A DNA stretch of 64,000 nucleotides from the sequence record MZ436830.1, one strand, 5' to 3'. This DNA is from Escherichia phage JK1. A program made the position numbers and the translations under genes. The notes under the pieces are model-generated. The model searched no databases and had not been told where the DNA came from. It worked only from the letters and a program-made list of their open reading frames with translations. This document shows, in pieces, positions 19,429-37,161 of the stretch (positions are counted from its first letter, which is position 1; every line of letters begins with the position of its first letter).

Positions 19429-20295
19429 ATGTTCATTCAAGAACCAAAGAAATTGATTGATACCGGCGAAATTGGTAACGCTTCTACTGGTGATATCTTA
19501 TTCGACGGTGGTAATAAAATTAATAGTGATTTTAACGCAATTTATAATGCGTTTGGCGATCAACGTAAAATGGCAGTAGCAAATGGCACCGGAGCAGATG
19601 GTCAAATTATCCATGCTACTGGATATTATCAAAAACACTCTATTGCAGAGTATGCAACTCCAGTAAAAGTTGGCACTAGGCATGATATTGATACCTCTAC
19701 TGTAGGTGTTAAAGTTATCATTGAAAGAGGCGAACTCGGCGATTGTGTTGAATTCATTAATTCTAACGGATCAATATCAGTTACTAATCCTTTGACAATT
19801 CAAGCTATTGATTCAATTAAAGGTGTTTCAGGTAATTTAGTAGTAACTAGCCCATATAGTAAAGTTACTTTACGCTGTATTTCATCTGATAATTCTACGT
19901 CGGTTTGGAATTATTCTATTGAAAGTATGTTTGGACAAAAGGAATCACCAGCTGAAGGTACATGGAATATTTCTACATCTGGATCAGTTGATATTCCACT
20001 ATTTCATCGCACTGAATACAATATGGCTAAATTACTAGTTACATGCCAATCGGTAGATGGAAGAAAAATTAAAACAGCAGAAATAAATATTCTTGTGGAT
20101 ACTGTCAATTCAGAGGTAATTTCTTCTGAATATGCTGTCATGCGAGTTGGGAATGAAACCGAAGAAGACGAAATCGCTAATATTGCATTTAGTATTAAAG
20201 AAAATTACGTAACGGCGACTATAAGTTCTTCAACTGTCGGTATGAGAGCAGCAGTTAAAGTTATCGCTACGCAGAAAATCGGGGTGGCTCAATAA
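19429..20295 (+). CDS. 9: gp9 baseplate wedge tail-fibre connector
   Basis: 288 aa, T4 length and order. Confidence 0.9.
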   Translation: MFIQEPKKLIDTGEIGNASTGDILFDGGNKINSDFNAIYNAFGDQRKMAVANGTGADGQIIHATGYYQKHSIAEYATPVKVGTRHDIDTSTVGVKVIIERGELGDCVEFINSNGSISVTNPLTIQAIDSIKGVSGNLVVTSPYSKVTLRCISSDNSTSVWNYSIESMFGQKESPAEGTWNISTSGSVDIPLFHRTEYNMAKLLVTCQSVDGRKIKTAEINILVDTVNSEVISSEYAVMRVGNETEEDEIANIAFSIKENYVTATISSSTVGMRAAVKVIATQKIGVAQ

Positions 20296-22103
20296 TGAAA
20301 CAAAATATTAATATCGGTAATGTTGTAGATGATGGTACCGGTGACTACCTGCGTAAAGGTGGTATAAAAATAAATGAAAACTTTGATGAGCTTTATTATG
20401 AACTCGGTGATGGTGATGTTCCATATTCAGCCGGTGCCTGGAAAACTTATAATGCTTCATCAGGACAAACATTAACAGCAGAATGGGGAAAATCGTACGC
20501 TATTAATACATCTTCTGGAAGAGTGACTATAAATCTTCCAAAGGGCACAGTTAATGATTACAACAAGGTAATTAGAGCTAGAGACGTATTTGCTACATGG
20601 AACGTCAACCCAGTTACACTAGTAGCTGCTTCCGGAGATACGATTAAAGGGTCTGCAGTACCAGTTGAAATTAATGTTCAATTCAGCGATTTAGAACTAG
20701 TGTATTGTGCCCCAGGACGTTGGGAATATGTCAAAAATAAACAAATTGACAAAATTACCAGTTCAGACATTAGTAATGTAGCTCGTAAAGAATTTTTAGT
20801 CGAAGTCCAAGGACAAACAGACTTTTTAGATGTTTTCCGTGGAACCAGTTATAATGTAAATAACATCAGAGTAAAACATCGTGGTAACGAATTGTATTAT
20901 GGCGATGTGTTTAGCGAAAACAGTGATTTTGGCTCTCCGGGCGAAAATGAAGGAGAACTAGTTCCTCTTGATGGATTTAATATTCGATTAAGACAGCCTT
21001 GTAATATTGGTGACACTGTTCAAATTGAAACATTTATGGATGGTGTATCGCAGTGGAGAAGTTCATATACAAGACGTCAAATTAGATTGTTAGATTCAAA
21101 ATTAACGTCAAAAACTTCTTTAGAAGGAAGCATTTACGTTACTGATTTATCAACAATGAAATCAATTCCATTTTCTGCTTTTGGATTAATTCCAGGAGAA
21201 CCTATTAATCCTAACTCTCTTGAGGTTCGTTTTAACGGGATTTTGCAGGAATTGGCTGGCACAGTTGGAATGCCATTATTTCATTGTGTTGGTGCCGATT
21301 CAGACGATGAAGTAGAATGCTCTGTTTTAGGTGGAACTTGGGAACAATCTCATACCGATTATTCAGTTGAAACTGATGAAAACGGCATACCGGAAATTTT
21401 ACATTTCGATAGAGTATTTGAGCATGGTGACATTATCAATATCACCTGGTTTAATAATGATTTAGGTACATTATTAACAAAAGATGAGATTATTGATGAA
21501 ACTGATAATCTCTATGTATCGCAAGGACCAGGAGTAGATATTTCCGGTGATGTAAATTTAACAGACTTCGATAAAATTGGTTGGCCAAATGTAGAAGCAG
21601 TTCAATCTTATCAACGCGAATTTAATGCTGTTTCAAATATCTTTGATACGATTTATCCTATTGGAACTATATATGAAAACGCTGTTAATCCAAACAACCC
21701 TGTTACATATATGGGATTCGGCTCATGGAAATTATTTGGGCAAGGAAAAGTTTTAGTTGGATGGAATGAAGATATTTCGGACCCTAACTTTGCTCTAAAT
21801 AACAACGATTTAGATTCGGGTGGAAATCCTTCGCATACTGCAGGTGGAACAGGTGGTTCTACTTCTGTTACATTGGAAAATGCTAATCTTCCTGCAACTG
21901 AAACAGATGAAGAAGTTCTAATAGTTGATGAAAATGGATCAGTCATTGTTGGTGGGTGTCAATACGATCCAGATGAATCCGGTCCAATTTACACTAAATA
22001 CCGTGAAGCTAAAGCATCTACTAACTCTACTCACACTCCGCCAACATCAATAACTAACATTCAACCATATATTACAGTTTATCGTTGGATAAGGATTGCA
22101 TAA
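20295..22103 (+). CDS. 10: gp10 baseplate wedge subunit and tail pin
   Basis: 602 aa, T4 length and order. Confidence 0.9.
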   Translation: MKQNINIGNVVDDGTGDYLRKGGIKINENFDELYYELGDGDVPYSAGAWKTYNASSGQTLTAEWGKSYAINTSSGRVTINLPKGTVNDYNKVIRARDVFATWNVNPVTLVAASGDTIKGSAVPVEINVQFSDLELVYCAPGRWEYVKNKQIDKITSSDISNVARKEFLVEVQGQTDFLDVFRGTSYNVNNIRVKHRGNELYYGDVFSENSDFGSPGENEGELVPLDGFNIRLRQPCNIGDTVQIETFMDGVSQWRSSYTRRQIRLLDSKLTSKTSLEGSIYVTDLSTMKSIPFSAFGLIPGEPINPNSLEVRFNGILQELAGTVGMPLFHCVGADSDDEVECSVLGGTWEQSHTDYSVETDENGIPEILHFDRVFEHGDIINITWFNNDLGTLLTKDEIIDETDNLYVSQGPGVDISGDVNLTDFDKIGWPNVEAVQSYQREFNAVSNIFDTIYPIGTIYENAVNPNNPVTYMGFGSWKLFGQGKVLVGWNEDISDPNFALNNNDLDSGGNPSHTAGGTGGSTSVTLENANLPATETDEEVLIVDENGSVIVGGCQYDPDESGPIYTKYREAKASTNSTHTPPTSITNIQPYITVYRWIRIA

Positions 22104-22762
22104 TGAGTTTACTTAATAATAAAGCGGGAGTTATTTCCCGCTTAGCCGATTTTCTTGGTTTTAGACCTAAAGCTGGTAATATAGATGTAATGAATCGTCA
22201 ATCAGTTGGGTCAGTGACAATTTCTCAATTAGCGAAAGGATTCTATGAACCAAACGTAGAATCAGCTATTAATGATGTTCATAATTTTTCTATAAAAGAC
22301 ATTGGTACAATTATTACTAATAAAACTGGTGTTTCTCCTGAGGGTGTTTCTCAAACTGATTATTGGGCATTTTCTGGAACTGTAACAGACGATTCTCTTC
22401 CTCCGGGTTCTCCTGTTACGGTATTAGTATTTGGTCTTCCAGTTTCAGCAACTACTGGAATGACGGCAATTGAGTTTGTTGCAAAAGTTCGTGTTGCCCT
22501 TCAAGAAGCTATTGCGTCATTTACTGCTATTAACTCATATAAAGACCATCCAACAGATGGTAGTAAATTAGAAGTTACTTATTTAGATAATCAAAAACAT
22601 GTATTAAGCACATATTCTACATATGGAATAACTATTTCACAGGAAATTATTTCTGAGTCTAAACCTGGCTACGGTACATGGAATTTATTAGGCGCACAAA
22701 CTGTAACTTTAGATAATCAGCAGACTCCTACAGTACTTTATCATTTTGAGAGAACAGCATGA
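22103..22762 (+). CDS. 11: gp11 baseplate wedge subunit and tail pin
   Basis: ORF track 22085 begins at TTG; ATG at 22103 (TAATG overlap with gene 10) gives [20 protein letters not shown]..., 219 aa. Confidence 0.9.
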   Translation: MSLLNNKAGVISRLADFLGFRPKAGNIDVMNRQSVGSVTISQLAKGFYEPNVESAINDVHNFSIKDIGTIITNKTGVSPEGVSQTDYWAFSGTVTDDSLPPGSPVTVLVFGLPVSATTGMTAIEFVAKVRVALQEAIASFTAINSYKDHPTDGSKLEVTYLDNQKHVLSTYSTYGITISQEIISESKPGYGTWNLLGAQTVTLDNQQTPTVLYHFERTA

Positions 22763-24342
22763 GTAATAATACATATCAACACGTTTCTAATGAATCTCGT
22801 TATGTAAAATTTGATCCAACTGGTACAAATTTTCCGGAAGAGATTACTGATGTTCAGGCTGCTATAGCAGCCATTTCTCCTGCTGGCGTAAATGGAGTTC
22901 CTGATGCATCGTCAACAACAAAGGGAATTTTATTTCTTGCCACTGAACAGGAAGTTATAGATGGAACTAATAATACCAAAGCAGTTACACCGGCAACGTT
23001 GGCAACAAGATTATCATATCCAAATGCTACCGAAGAAGTTTATGGACTTACACGTTATTCAACAGACGATGAAGCTGTAGCTGGTGTTAATAATGAATCA
23101 TCTATAACTCCGGCTAAATTTACTACAGCAATTAATCACATTTTTGATACACGAATTTCTTCTGAAAGTTCACTTGGCGTTATTAAGTTATCATCTCTAC
23201 CGCAAGCATTAGCTGGTGCAGATGATACTACTGCAATGACTCCATTAAAAACGCAGCAGTTAGCTATTAAATTAATTGCGCAAATTGCTCCTTCTGAAAC
23301 CACAGCTACCGAATCGGACCAAGGTGTTGTTCAATTAGCAACAGTAGCGCAGGTTCGTCAGGGAACTTTAAGAGAAGGCTATGCAATTTCTCCTTATACG
23401 TTTATGAATTCATCTGCTACTGAAGAATATAAAGGCGTAATTAAATTAGGAACACAGTCAGAAGTTAACTCGAATAATGCTTCTGTTGCTGTTACTGGTG
23501 CAACTCTTAATGGTCGTGGTTCTACAACGTCAATGAGAGGCGTAGTTAAATTAACTACAACTGCCGGCTCACAGAGTGGAGGTGATGCTTCATCAGCACT
23601 AGCTTGGAATGCTGATGTTATCCACCAAAGAGGTGGTCAAACGATTAATGGAACACTTCGCATTAATAATACGCTTACAATAGCTTCAGGTGGAGCAAAT
23701 ATTACCGGAACAGTTAACATGACTGGCGGTTATATTCAAGGTAAGCGTGTCGTAACACAAAATGAAATTGATAGAACTATTCCTGTCGGAGCTATTATGA
23801 TGTGGGCCGCTGATAGTCTTCCTAGTGATGCTTGGCGTTTTTGCCACGGTGGAACTGTTTCAGCGTCAGATTGTCCATTATATGCTTCTAGAATTGGAAC
23901 AAGATATGGCGGAAGCTCATCAAATCCTGGATTGCCTGACATGCGTGGTCTTTTTGTTCGTGGTTCTGGTCGTGGCTCTCACTTAACAAATCCAAATGTT
24001 AATGGTAATGACCAATTTGGTAAACCTAGATTAGGTGTAGGTTGTACTGGTGGATATGTTGGTGAAGTACAGAAACAACAGATGTCTTATCATAAACATG
24101 CTGGCGGATTTGGTGAGCATGATGATTCTGGGGCATTCGGTAATACCCGTAGATCAAATTTTGTTGGTACACGTAAAGGACTTGACTGGGATAACCGTTC
24201 ATACTTCACCAATGACGGATATGAAATTGACCCGGCATCACAACGAAATTCCAAATATACATTAAATCGTCCTGAATTAATTGGAAATGAAACACGTCCA
24301 TGGAACATTTCTTTAAACTACATAATTAAGGTAAAAGAATGA
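22759..24342 (+). CDS. 12: gp12 short tail fibre
   Basis: 527 aa, T4 length and order. Confidence 0.9.
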   Translation: MSNNTYQHVSNESRYVKFDPTGTNFPEEITDVQAAIAAISPAGVNGVPDASSTTKGILFLATEQEVIDGTNNTKAVTPATLATRLSYPNATEEVYGLTRYSTDDEAVAGVNNESSITPAKFTTAINHIFDTRISSESSLGVIKLSSLPQALAGADDTTAMTPLKTQQLAIKLIAQIAPSETTATESDQGVVQLATVAQVRQGTLREGYAISPYTFMNSSATEEYKGVIKLGTQSEVNSNNASVAVTGATLNGRGSTTSMRGVVKLTTTAGSQSGGDASSALAWNADVIHQRGGQTINGTLRINNTLTIASGGANITGTVNMTGGYIQGKRVVTQNEIDRTIPVGAIMMWAADSLPSDAWRFCHGGTVSASDCPLYASRIGTRYGGSSSNPGLPDMRGLFVRGSGRGSHLTNPNVNGNDQFGKPRLGVGCTGGYVGEVQKQQMSYHKHAGGFGEHDDSGAFGNTRRSNFVGTRKGLDWDNRSYFTNDGYEIDPASQRNSKYTLNRPELIGNETRPWNISLNYIIKVKE

Positions 24343-25802
24343 CAGATATTGTACTGAATGACTTACCATTCGTTGACGGCCCTCCTGCAGAGGGCCAGAG
24401 CCGCATTTCCTGGATTAAAAACGGCGAAGAAATATTAGGAGCTGACACACAGTATGGAAGTGAAGGTTCAATGAATAGACCTACAGTTTCTGTACTAAGA
24501 AATGTTGAAGTTCTCGATAAAAACATTGGAATACTTAAAACATCTTTAGAAACCGCAAATAGTGATATTAAAACAATTCAGGGCATCTTAGATGTATCTG
24601 GTGATATTGAAGCTTTGGCCCAAATAAGTATCAATAAAAATGATATTTCTGACCTTAAAACGCTAACCAGTGAACATACAGAAATATTAAATGGGACTAA
24701 TAGTACAGTTGACAGCATTCTTGCTGATATTGGTCCATTTAACTCCGAGGCCAACTCTGTATACAGAACGATCAGAAATGATTTACTATGGATAAAGCGT
24801 GAACTTGGACAATACACAGGTCAAGATATTAATGGTCTTCCTGTTGTAGGAAATCCTAGTAGTGGAATGAAGCATCGTATTATTAATAATACTGATGTCA
24901 TTACTTCACAGGGAATACGTTTAAGCGAATTAGAAACAAAATTTATTGAATCTGATGTAGGTTCTTTGACTATTGAAGTTGGCAATCTTCGCGAAGAGCT
25001 TGGACCGAAACCACCATCATTTTCACAGAACGTTTATAGTCGTTTAAATGAAATTGACACTAAACAGACAACAGTTGAGTCTGACATTAGTGCTATTAAG
25101 ACCTCAATAGGATATCCAGGAAATAATTCGATTATCACGAGTGTTAATACAAACACTGATAATATTGCATCTATTAATTTAGAGCTAAATCAAAGTGGAG
25201 GTATTAAACAGCGTTTAACCGTTATTGAAACTTCTATTGGATCAGACGATATTCCTTCAAGTATTAAAGGCCAAATCAAAGATAATACAACTTCAATCGA
25301 ATCTCTAAATGGAATCGTCGGTGAAAACACTTCATCTGGTTTAAGAGCGAATGTTTCGTGGTTAAACCAAATTGTTGGAACTGATTCTAGCGGTGGACAA
25401 CCTTCTCCTCCTGGGTCTCTTTTAAACCGAGTTTCTACAATTGAAACTTCTGTTTCAGGCTTGAATAACGATGTTCAAAACCTACAAGTAGAGATTGGTA
25501 ATAACAGCACAGGAATTAAAGGACAAGTTGTAGCGTTAAATACTTTAGTAAATGGAACTAATCCAAACGGTTCAACTGTTGAAGAACGCGGATTAACCAA
25601 TTCAATAAAAGCTAACGAAACCAACATCGCATCAGTTACACAAGAAGTAAATACAGCCAAAGGTAGTATATCTTCTCTGCAAGGTGATGTTCAAGCTCTA
25701 CAAGAAGCAGGTTATATTCCTGAAGCTCCAAAAGATGGTCAAGCTTACGTTCGTAAAGACGGCGAGTGGGTATTACTTTCTACCTTTTTATCACCAGCAT
25801 AA
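24339..25802 (+). CDS. wac: fibritin (whisker antigen control) neck whiskers
   Basis: 487 aa, heptad-rich coiled coil, C-terminal foldon-like [27 protein letters not shown]. Confidence 0.95.
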   Translation: MTDIVLNDLPFVDGPPAEGQSRISWIKNGEEILGADTQYGSEGSMNRPTVSVLRNVEVLDKNIGILKTSLETANSDIKTIQGILDVSGDIEALAQISINKNDISDLKTLTSEHTEILNGTNSTVDSILADIGPFNSEANSVYRTIRNDLLWIKRELGQYTGQDINGLPVVGNPSSGMKHRIINNTDVITSQGIRLSELETKFIESDVGSLTIEVGNLREELGPKPPSFSQNVYSRLNEIDTKQTTVESDISAIKTSIGYPGNNSIITSVNTNTDNIASINLELNQSGGIKQRLTVIETSIGSDDIPSSIKGQIKDNTTSIESLNGIVGENTSSGLRANVSWLNQIVGTDSSGGQPSPPGSLLNRVSTIETSVSGLNNDVQNLQVEIGNNSTGIKGQVVALNTLVNGTNPNGSTVEERGLTNSIKANETNIASVTQEVNTAKGSISSLQGDVQALQEAGYIPEAPKDGQAYVRKDGEWVLLSTFLSPA

Positions 25803-25805
25803 CAT

Positions 25806-25832
25806 GGGGCCGCAAGGCCCCAAAGGATTTTT
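25806..25832 (+). terminator. hairpin after wac
   Basis: GGGGCC-GCAA-GGCCCC followed by AAAGGATTTTT; weak U-run. Confidence 0.5.
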
Positions 25833-25834
25833 AA

Positions 25835-27536
<1,702 letters not shown>

Positions 27537-27577
27537 TAAATATTATAAACTAATTAAAGCCCAGATTAGGAGAAATC

Positions 27578-30718
<3,141 letters not shown>

Positions 30719-30746
30719 TATTAAAGCATATTAAAGAGGATTAAAA

Positions 30747-32726
30747 ATGACTTTATTATCTCCGGGCATTGAGCTCAAAGAAACTACGGTTCAAAGCACC
30801 GTGGTTAATAACTCTACTGGTACAGCAGCTTTGGCCGGTAAATTCCAGTGGGGTCCTGCTTTTCAGATTAAACAGGTTACAAATGAAGTAGATTTAGTTA
30901 ATACTTTTGGTCAACCAACCGCTGAAACTGCTGACTATTTTATGTCTGCGATGAATTTCTTGCAGTACGGAAATGACTTACGAGTAGTTCGTGCTGTTGA
31001 TAGAGATACCGCTAAAAACTCATCTCCGATTGCTGGTAATATTGAATACACAATTTCTACCCCAGGTAGTAACTATGCAGTTGGAGATAAAATCACGGTC
31101 AAATATGTTTCAAATGATATTGAAACTGAAGGTAAAATTACTGAAGTAGACGCAGATGGAAAAATTAAGAAAATTAATATTCCTACTGCAAAAATTATCG
31201 CTAAAGCTAAAGAAGTCGGTGAATACCCAACATTAGGTTCTAACTGGACTGCAGAAATTTCTTCGTCTTCCTCTGGTTTAGCCGCAGTAATAACTCTTGG
31301 AAAAATTATTACTGATTCTGGTATTTTATTAGCTGAAATTGAAAATGCTGAAGCTGCTATGACAGCGGTTGACTTTCAAGCAAATCTCGAAAAATACGGA
31401 ATTCCAGGAGTAGTAGCTCTTTATCCAGGCGAATTAGGCGATAAAATTGAAATTGAAATCGTATCTAAAGCTGACTATGCAAAAGGAGCTTCTGTATTAC
31501 TCCCAATTTATCCAGGTGGTGGTACTCGTGCATCTACTGCTAAAGCAGTGTTTGGATATGGACCACAAACTGATTCACAGTACGCTATTATAGTTCGTCG
31601 TAATGATGCTATTGTTCAAAGTGTTGTTCTTTCAACTAAGCGTGGTGAAAAAGATATTTACGATAGTAACATCTATATCGATGACTTTTTCGCAAAAGGT
31701 GGTTCAGAATATATTTTTGCAACTGCACAAAACTGGCCAGAAGGCTTCTCTGGAATTTTAACTCTTTCTGGTGGATTATCATCAAATGCTGAAGTAACAG
31801 CAGGAGATTTGATGGAAGCTTGGGACTTCTTTGCTGACCGTGAATCTGTAGATGTTCAACTGTTTATTGCGGGTTCTTGTGCCGGTGAATCTTTAGAAAC
31901 AGCATCTACTGTCCAAAAACATGTTGTTTCAATTGGGGATGCTCGTCAAGATTGCTTAGTATTGTGCTCACCACCACGTGAAACTGTAGTTGGAATTCCT
32001 GTAACTCGTGCAGTAGATAATTTAGTTAACTGGAGAACTGCGGCAGGTTCATACACTGATAATAACTTTAATATCAGTTCAACCTATGCAGCAATCGATG
32101 GCAACTACAAATATCAGTATGACAAATATAATGATGTGAATCGTTGGGTTCCATTAGCAGCTGATATTGCTGGTTTATGCGCAAGAACTGATAACGTATC
32201 TCAGACTTGGATGTCTCCAGCTGGTTATAATCGTGGCCAGATTCTTAACGTTATTAAACTGGCTATTGAAACTCGCCAGGCTCAGCGCGACCGTTTATAC
32301 CAAGAAGCTATCAACCCGGTAACTGGTACAGGTGGTGATGGTTACGTATTGTATGGTGATAAAACAGCTACTTCTGTTCCTTCTCCATTTGATCGTATTA
32401 ACGTTCGTCGTCTGTTTAATATGTTGAAAACGAATATCGGACGTAGTTCAAAATATCGTTTGTTCGAATTAAACAACGCGTTTACTCGTTCATCATTCCG
32501 CACAGAAACTGCCCAGTACTTACAGGGAATTAAAGCTCTCGGTGGAATTTATGAATATCGTGTAGTTTGCGATACAACAAATAACACTCCGTCAGTAATT
32601 GATAGAAATGAGTTTGTTGCAACATTCTACATCCAACCGGCTAGAAGCATTAACTACATTACCTTAAACTTCGTAGCAACTGCTACTGGTGCAGATTTCG
32701 ATGAGTTAACTGGTCTTGCAGGTTAA
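30747..32726 (+). CDS. 18: gp18 tail sheath protein
   Basis: 659 aa, T4 length and order. Confidence 0.95.
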   Translation: MTLLSPGIELKETTVQSTVVNNSTGTAALAGKFQWGPAFQIKQVTNEVDLVNTFGQPTAETADYFMSAMNFLQYGNDLRVVRAVDRDTAKNSSPIAGNIEYTISTPGSNYAVGDKITVKYVSNDIETEGKITEVDADGKIKKINIPTAKIIAKAKEVGEYPTLGSNWTAEISSSSSGLAAVITLGKIITDSGILLAEIENAEAAMTAVDFQANLEKYGIPGVVALYPGELGDKIEIEIVSKADYAKGASVLLPIYPGGGTRASTAKAVFGYGPQTDSQYAIIVRRNDAIVQSVVLSTKRGEKDIYDSNIYIDDFFAKGGSEYIFATAQNWPEGFSGILTLSGGLSSNAEVTAGDLMEAWDFFADRESVDVQLFIAGSCAGESLETASTVQKHVVSIGDARQDCLVLCSPPRETVVGIPVTRAVDNLVNWRTAAGSYTDNNFNISSTYAAIDGNYKYQYDKYNDVNRWVPLAADIAGLCARTDNVSQTWMSPAGYNRGQILNVIKLAIETRQAQRDRLYQEAINPVTGTGGDGYVLYGDKTATSVPSPFDRINVRRLFNMLKTNIGRSSKYRLFELNNAFTRSSFRTETAQYLQGIKALGGIYEYRVVCDTTNNTPSVIDRNEFVATFYIQPARSINYITLNFVATATGADFDELTGLAG

Positions 32727-32761
32727 TACAGTGCATTCTAAAGGCCTGTTTCGGCAGGCCA

Positions 32762-32828
32762 TATAAATACACTATATCCTTAATTCTTTAATTCTATATG
32801 CCCTAGGTTAAACATAGGGATATAAATA
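32762..32828 (+). promoter_or_regulatory. two late promoters TATAAATA upstream of gene 19
   Basis: Exact TATAAATA at 32762..32769 and 32821..32828; hairpin GGCCTG-TTTCGG-CAGGCC at 32743..32760 just before. Confidence 0.6.
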
Positions 32829-32842
32829 CTACAGAGGCTAAT

Positions 32843-33334
32843 ATGTTTGTAGATGATGTAACACGAGCGTTTGAATCTGGTGATTTTGCTCGACCTAACT
32901 TATTCCAAGTAGAAATTTCTTATCTTGGACAAAATTTTACGTTCCAATGTAAAGCCACTGCTTTACCAGCTGGTATTGTAGAAAAAATTCCAGTCGGATT
33001 TATGAACCGTAAAATTAACGTAGCAGGTGATCGTACATTCGATGACTGGACTGTTACAGTAATGAACGATGAAGCTCATGATGCTCGCCAGAAGTTTGTT
33101 GATTGGCAAAGCATTGCTGCAGGACAAGGAAACGAAATTACTGGTGGAAAACCTGCAGAGTATAAAAAGAGCGCTATCGTTCGTCAATATGCTCGTGACG
33201 CTAAAACAGTAACAAAAGAAATTGAAATTAAAGGTCTGTGGCCTACTAACGTGGGTGAACTTCAATTAGATTGGGATTCAAATAATGAAATCCAAACCTT
33301 TGAAGTAACTCTTGCTCTCGATTATTGGGAATAA
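32843..33334 (+). CDS. 19: gp19 tail tube protein
   Basis: 163 aa, T4 length and order. Confidence 0.95.
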   Translation: MFVDDVTRAFESGDFARPNLFQVEISYLGQNFTFQCKATALPAGIVEKIPVGFMNRKINVAGDRTFDDWTVTVMNDEAHDARQKFVDWQSIAAGQGNEITGGKPAEYKKSAIVRQYARDAKTVTKEIEIKGLWPTNVGELQLDWDSNNEIQTFEVTLALDYWE

Positions 33335-33366
33335 AATGAATGGGGAGAAATCCCCATCCTGCTTAA

Positions 33367-34991
<1,625 letters not shown>

Positions 34992-34992
<1 letters not shown>

Positions 34993-35240
34993 TGGAAGGT
35001 TTAATTGAAGCTATTAAATCAAACGACCTCGTAGCCGCTCGTAAATTATTTGCTGAAGCCATGGCTGCAAGAACGACTGATTTAATTAAAGAAGAAAAAA
35101 TCGCTATCGCTCGTAATTTCTTAATCGAAGGTGAAGAACCTGATGACGAGGATGATGACGAAGACGAAGATAGTGATGATAAAGACGACAAAAAAGACAA
35201 AGACTCTGATGAAGATGACGAAGACGAGGATGATGAATAA
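34992..35240 (+). CDS. 67: gp67 prohead core protein (polyacidic C-terminus)
   Basis: 82 aa; MEGLIE N-terminus, Asp/Glu-rich tail; T4 position between 20 and 68. Confidence 0.85.
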
Positions 35241-35665
35241 TGCTTCTGATCCCTGAAACTCATGAATTAGTTCTCGAGAATGTCGAAGCACTTATTCCTG
35301 AAGCACAGGGTCGCTTTGACGAATTGTCTTCTGCTTTAAATAAAGACGATATAAATACAATTGTCGAGAATATGCTTGATGATGAAACTGATTTAGCGGT
35401 TGCATTAGCTTCTATTAATGAAAATATGCCGTTAAATGAATTTATCGTTAAACATGTTTCTGCCCGTGGTGAAATTACTCGCACTAAAGATCGCAAAACC
35501 CGCGAACGTAATGCATTTCAAACTACCGGGTTGTCTAAAGCAAAACGTAGACAAATTGCTCGTAAAGCTACCAAAACGAAGATTGCCAATCCAGCAGGTC
35601 AATCTCGTGCTCAGCGTAAGCGTAAAAAAGCTCTTAAACGCCGTAAAGCATTAGGATTAAGCTAA
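35240..35665 (+). CDS. 68: gp68 prohead core protein
   Basis: 141 aa, T4 length and order. Confidence 0.85.
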
Positions 35666-36303
35666 TGAATGAACCCCAATTACTAATTGAAACTTGGGGT
35701 CAACCTGGCGAAATTATTGATGGCGTACCAATGCTTGAATCTCATGATGGAAAAGACTTAGGTTTAAAACCTGGTTTATACATCGAAGGAATATTCATGC
35801 AAGCGGAAGTCGTCAATAGAAATAAACGTCTTTATCCAAAACGTATATTAGAAAAAGCGGTAAAAGACTATATTAATGAGCAAGTTTTAACTAAACAAGC
35901 TCTCGGAGAATTAAATCATCCTCCACGCGCTAATGTTGACCCGATGCAAGCCGCTATCATTATAGAAGATATGTGGTGGAAAGGAAATGACGTATACGGA
36001 CGAGCTCGTGTTATTGAAGGTGACCATGGTCCTGGAGATAAATTAGCAGCTAATATTCGTGCCGGATGGATTCCAGGAGTTTCTTCTCGTGGATTAGGTT
36101 CATTGACTGACACAAATAAAGGTTATCGTATCGTAAACGAAGGATTCAAATTAACTGTAGGTGTTGATGCAGTATGGGGTCCAAGTGCTCCAGATGCATG
36201 GGTAACTCCTAAGGAAATTACCGAATCACAGACGGCGGAAGCCGATACAAGTGCCGATGACGCCTATATGGCTCTCGCAGAGGCCATGAAAAAAGCGTTA
36301 TAA
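35665..36303 (+). CDS. 21: gp21 prohead core scaffold protein and protease
   Basis: 212 aa, T4 length and order. Confidence 0.9.
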   Translation: MNEPQLLIETWGQPGEIIDGVPMLESHDGKDLGLKPGLYIEGIFMQAEVVNRNKRLYPKRILEKAVKDYINEQVLTKQALGELNHPPRANVDPMQAAIIIEDMWWKGNDVYGRARVIEGDHGPGDKLAANIRAGWIPGVSSRGLGSLTDTNKGYRIVNEGFKLTVGVDAVWGPSAPDAWVTPKEITESQTAEADTSADDAYMALAEAMKKAL

Positions 36304-36333
36304 ATATTATTATCTAAACAACAGGACTACAAA

Positions 36334-37143
36334 ATGCTTAAAGAACAACTGATTGCTGAAGCGCAGAAAATTGATGCTTCCGTTGCTCTTGATAGTATTT
36401 TCGAATCAGTTAATATTTCTCCGGAAGCAAAAGAAACTTTCGGCACTGTATTCGAAGCTACCGTCAAGCAGCACGCCGTTAAATTAGCTGAATCTCATAT
36501 CGCTAAAATTGCTGAAAAAGCAGAAGAAGAAGTAGAAAAAAATAAAGAAGAAGCAGAAGAAAAAGCTGAGAAGAAAATCGCTGAGCAAGCTTCTAAATTC
36601 CTTGACCATCTTGCAAAAGAATGGCTCACTGAAAATAAATTAGCAGTAGATAAAGGCATCAAAGCCGAACTGTTTGAATCCATGCTTGGTGGATTGAAAG
36701 AGCTCTTCGTTGAACACAACGTTGTTGTTCCAGAAGAATCAGTTGATGTTGTAGCTGAAATGGAAGAAGAACTGCAAGAACATAAAGAAGAATCAGCTCG
36801 TCTGTTCGAAGAACTCAATAAGCGTGACGCATATATCAATTATGTGCAGCGTGAAGTGGCATTGAGCGAAAGTACTAAAGATCTGACTGAGTCTCAAAAA
36901 GAAAAAGTCTCTGCTCTGGTCGAAGGTATGGATTATTCAGATGCATTCTCAAGTAAATTGAGTGCAATCGTAGAAATGGTGAAGAAATCTAATAAAGATG
37001 AAAGCACTATTACTGAGAGTATAAATACTCCTGATACTGAAGCAGCCGGACTGAATTTCGTCACTGAAGCTGTAGAAGATAAATCTGCACAAGGTGCAGA
37101 AGATATTGTAAGTGTATATGCGAAAGTCGCATCTCGTTTCTAA
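36334..37143 (+). CDS. 22: gp22 prohead core scaffold protein
   Basis: 269 aa, Glu/Lys-rich helical, T4 length and order. Confidence 0.9.
   Translation: MLKEQLIAEAQKIDASVALDSIFESVNISPEAKETFGTVFEATVKQHAVKLAESHIAKIAEKAEEEVEKNKEEAEEKAEKKIAEQASKFLDHLAKEWLTENKLAVDKGIKAELFESMLGGLKELFVEHNVVVPEESVDVVAEMEEELQEHKEESARLFEELNKRDAYINYVQREVALSESTKDLTESQKEKVSALVEGMDYSDAFSSKLSAIVEMVKKSNKDESTITESINTPDTEAAGLNFVTEAVEDKSAQGAEDIVSVYAKVASRF
37020..37027 (+). promoter_or_regulatory. late promoter TATAAATA (P23) inside the 3' end of gene 22
   Basis: Exact TATAAATA about 135 nt upstream of gp23 ATG. Confidence 0.55.
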
Positions 37144-37161
37144 TTTTAAAGGTTAACACAA

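Noticed and set aside
35130-35240. Asp/Glu-rich repetitive stretch at the end of gene 67, and the poly-Ser antisense ORF 34943..35263
   Set aside because: The acidic tail is a coding low-complexity region of a prohead core protein, not a DNA repeat element or CRISPR-like array; the antisense ORF is an artefact of the GA-rich codons.
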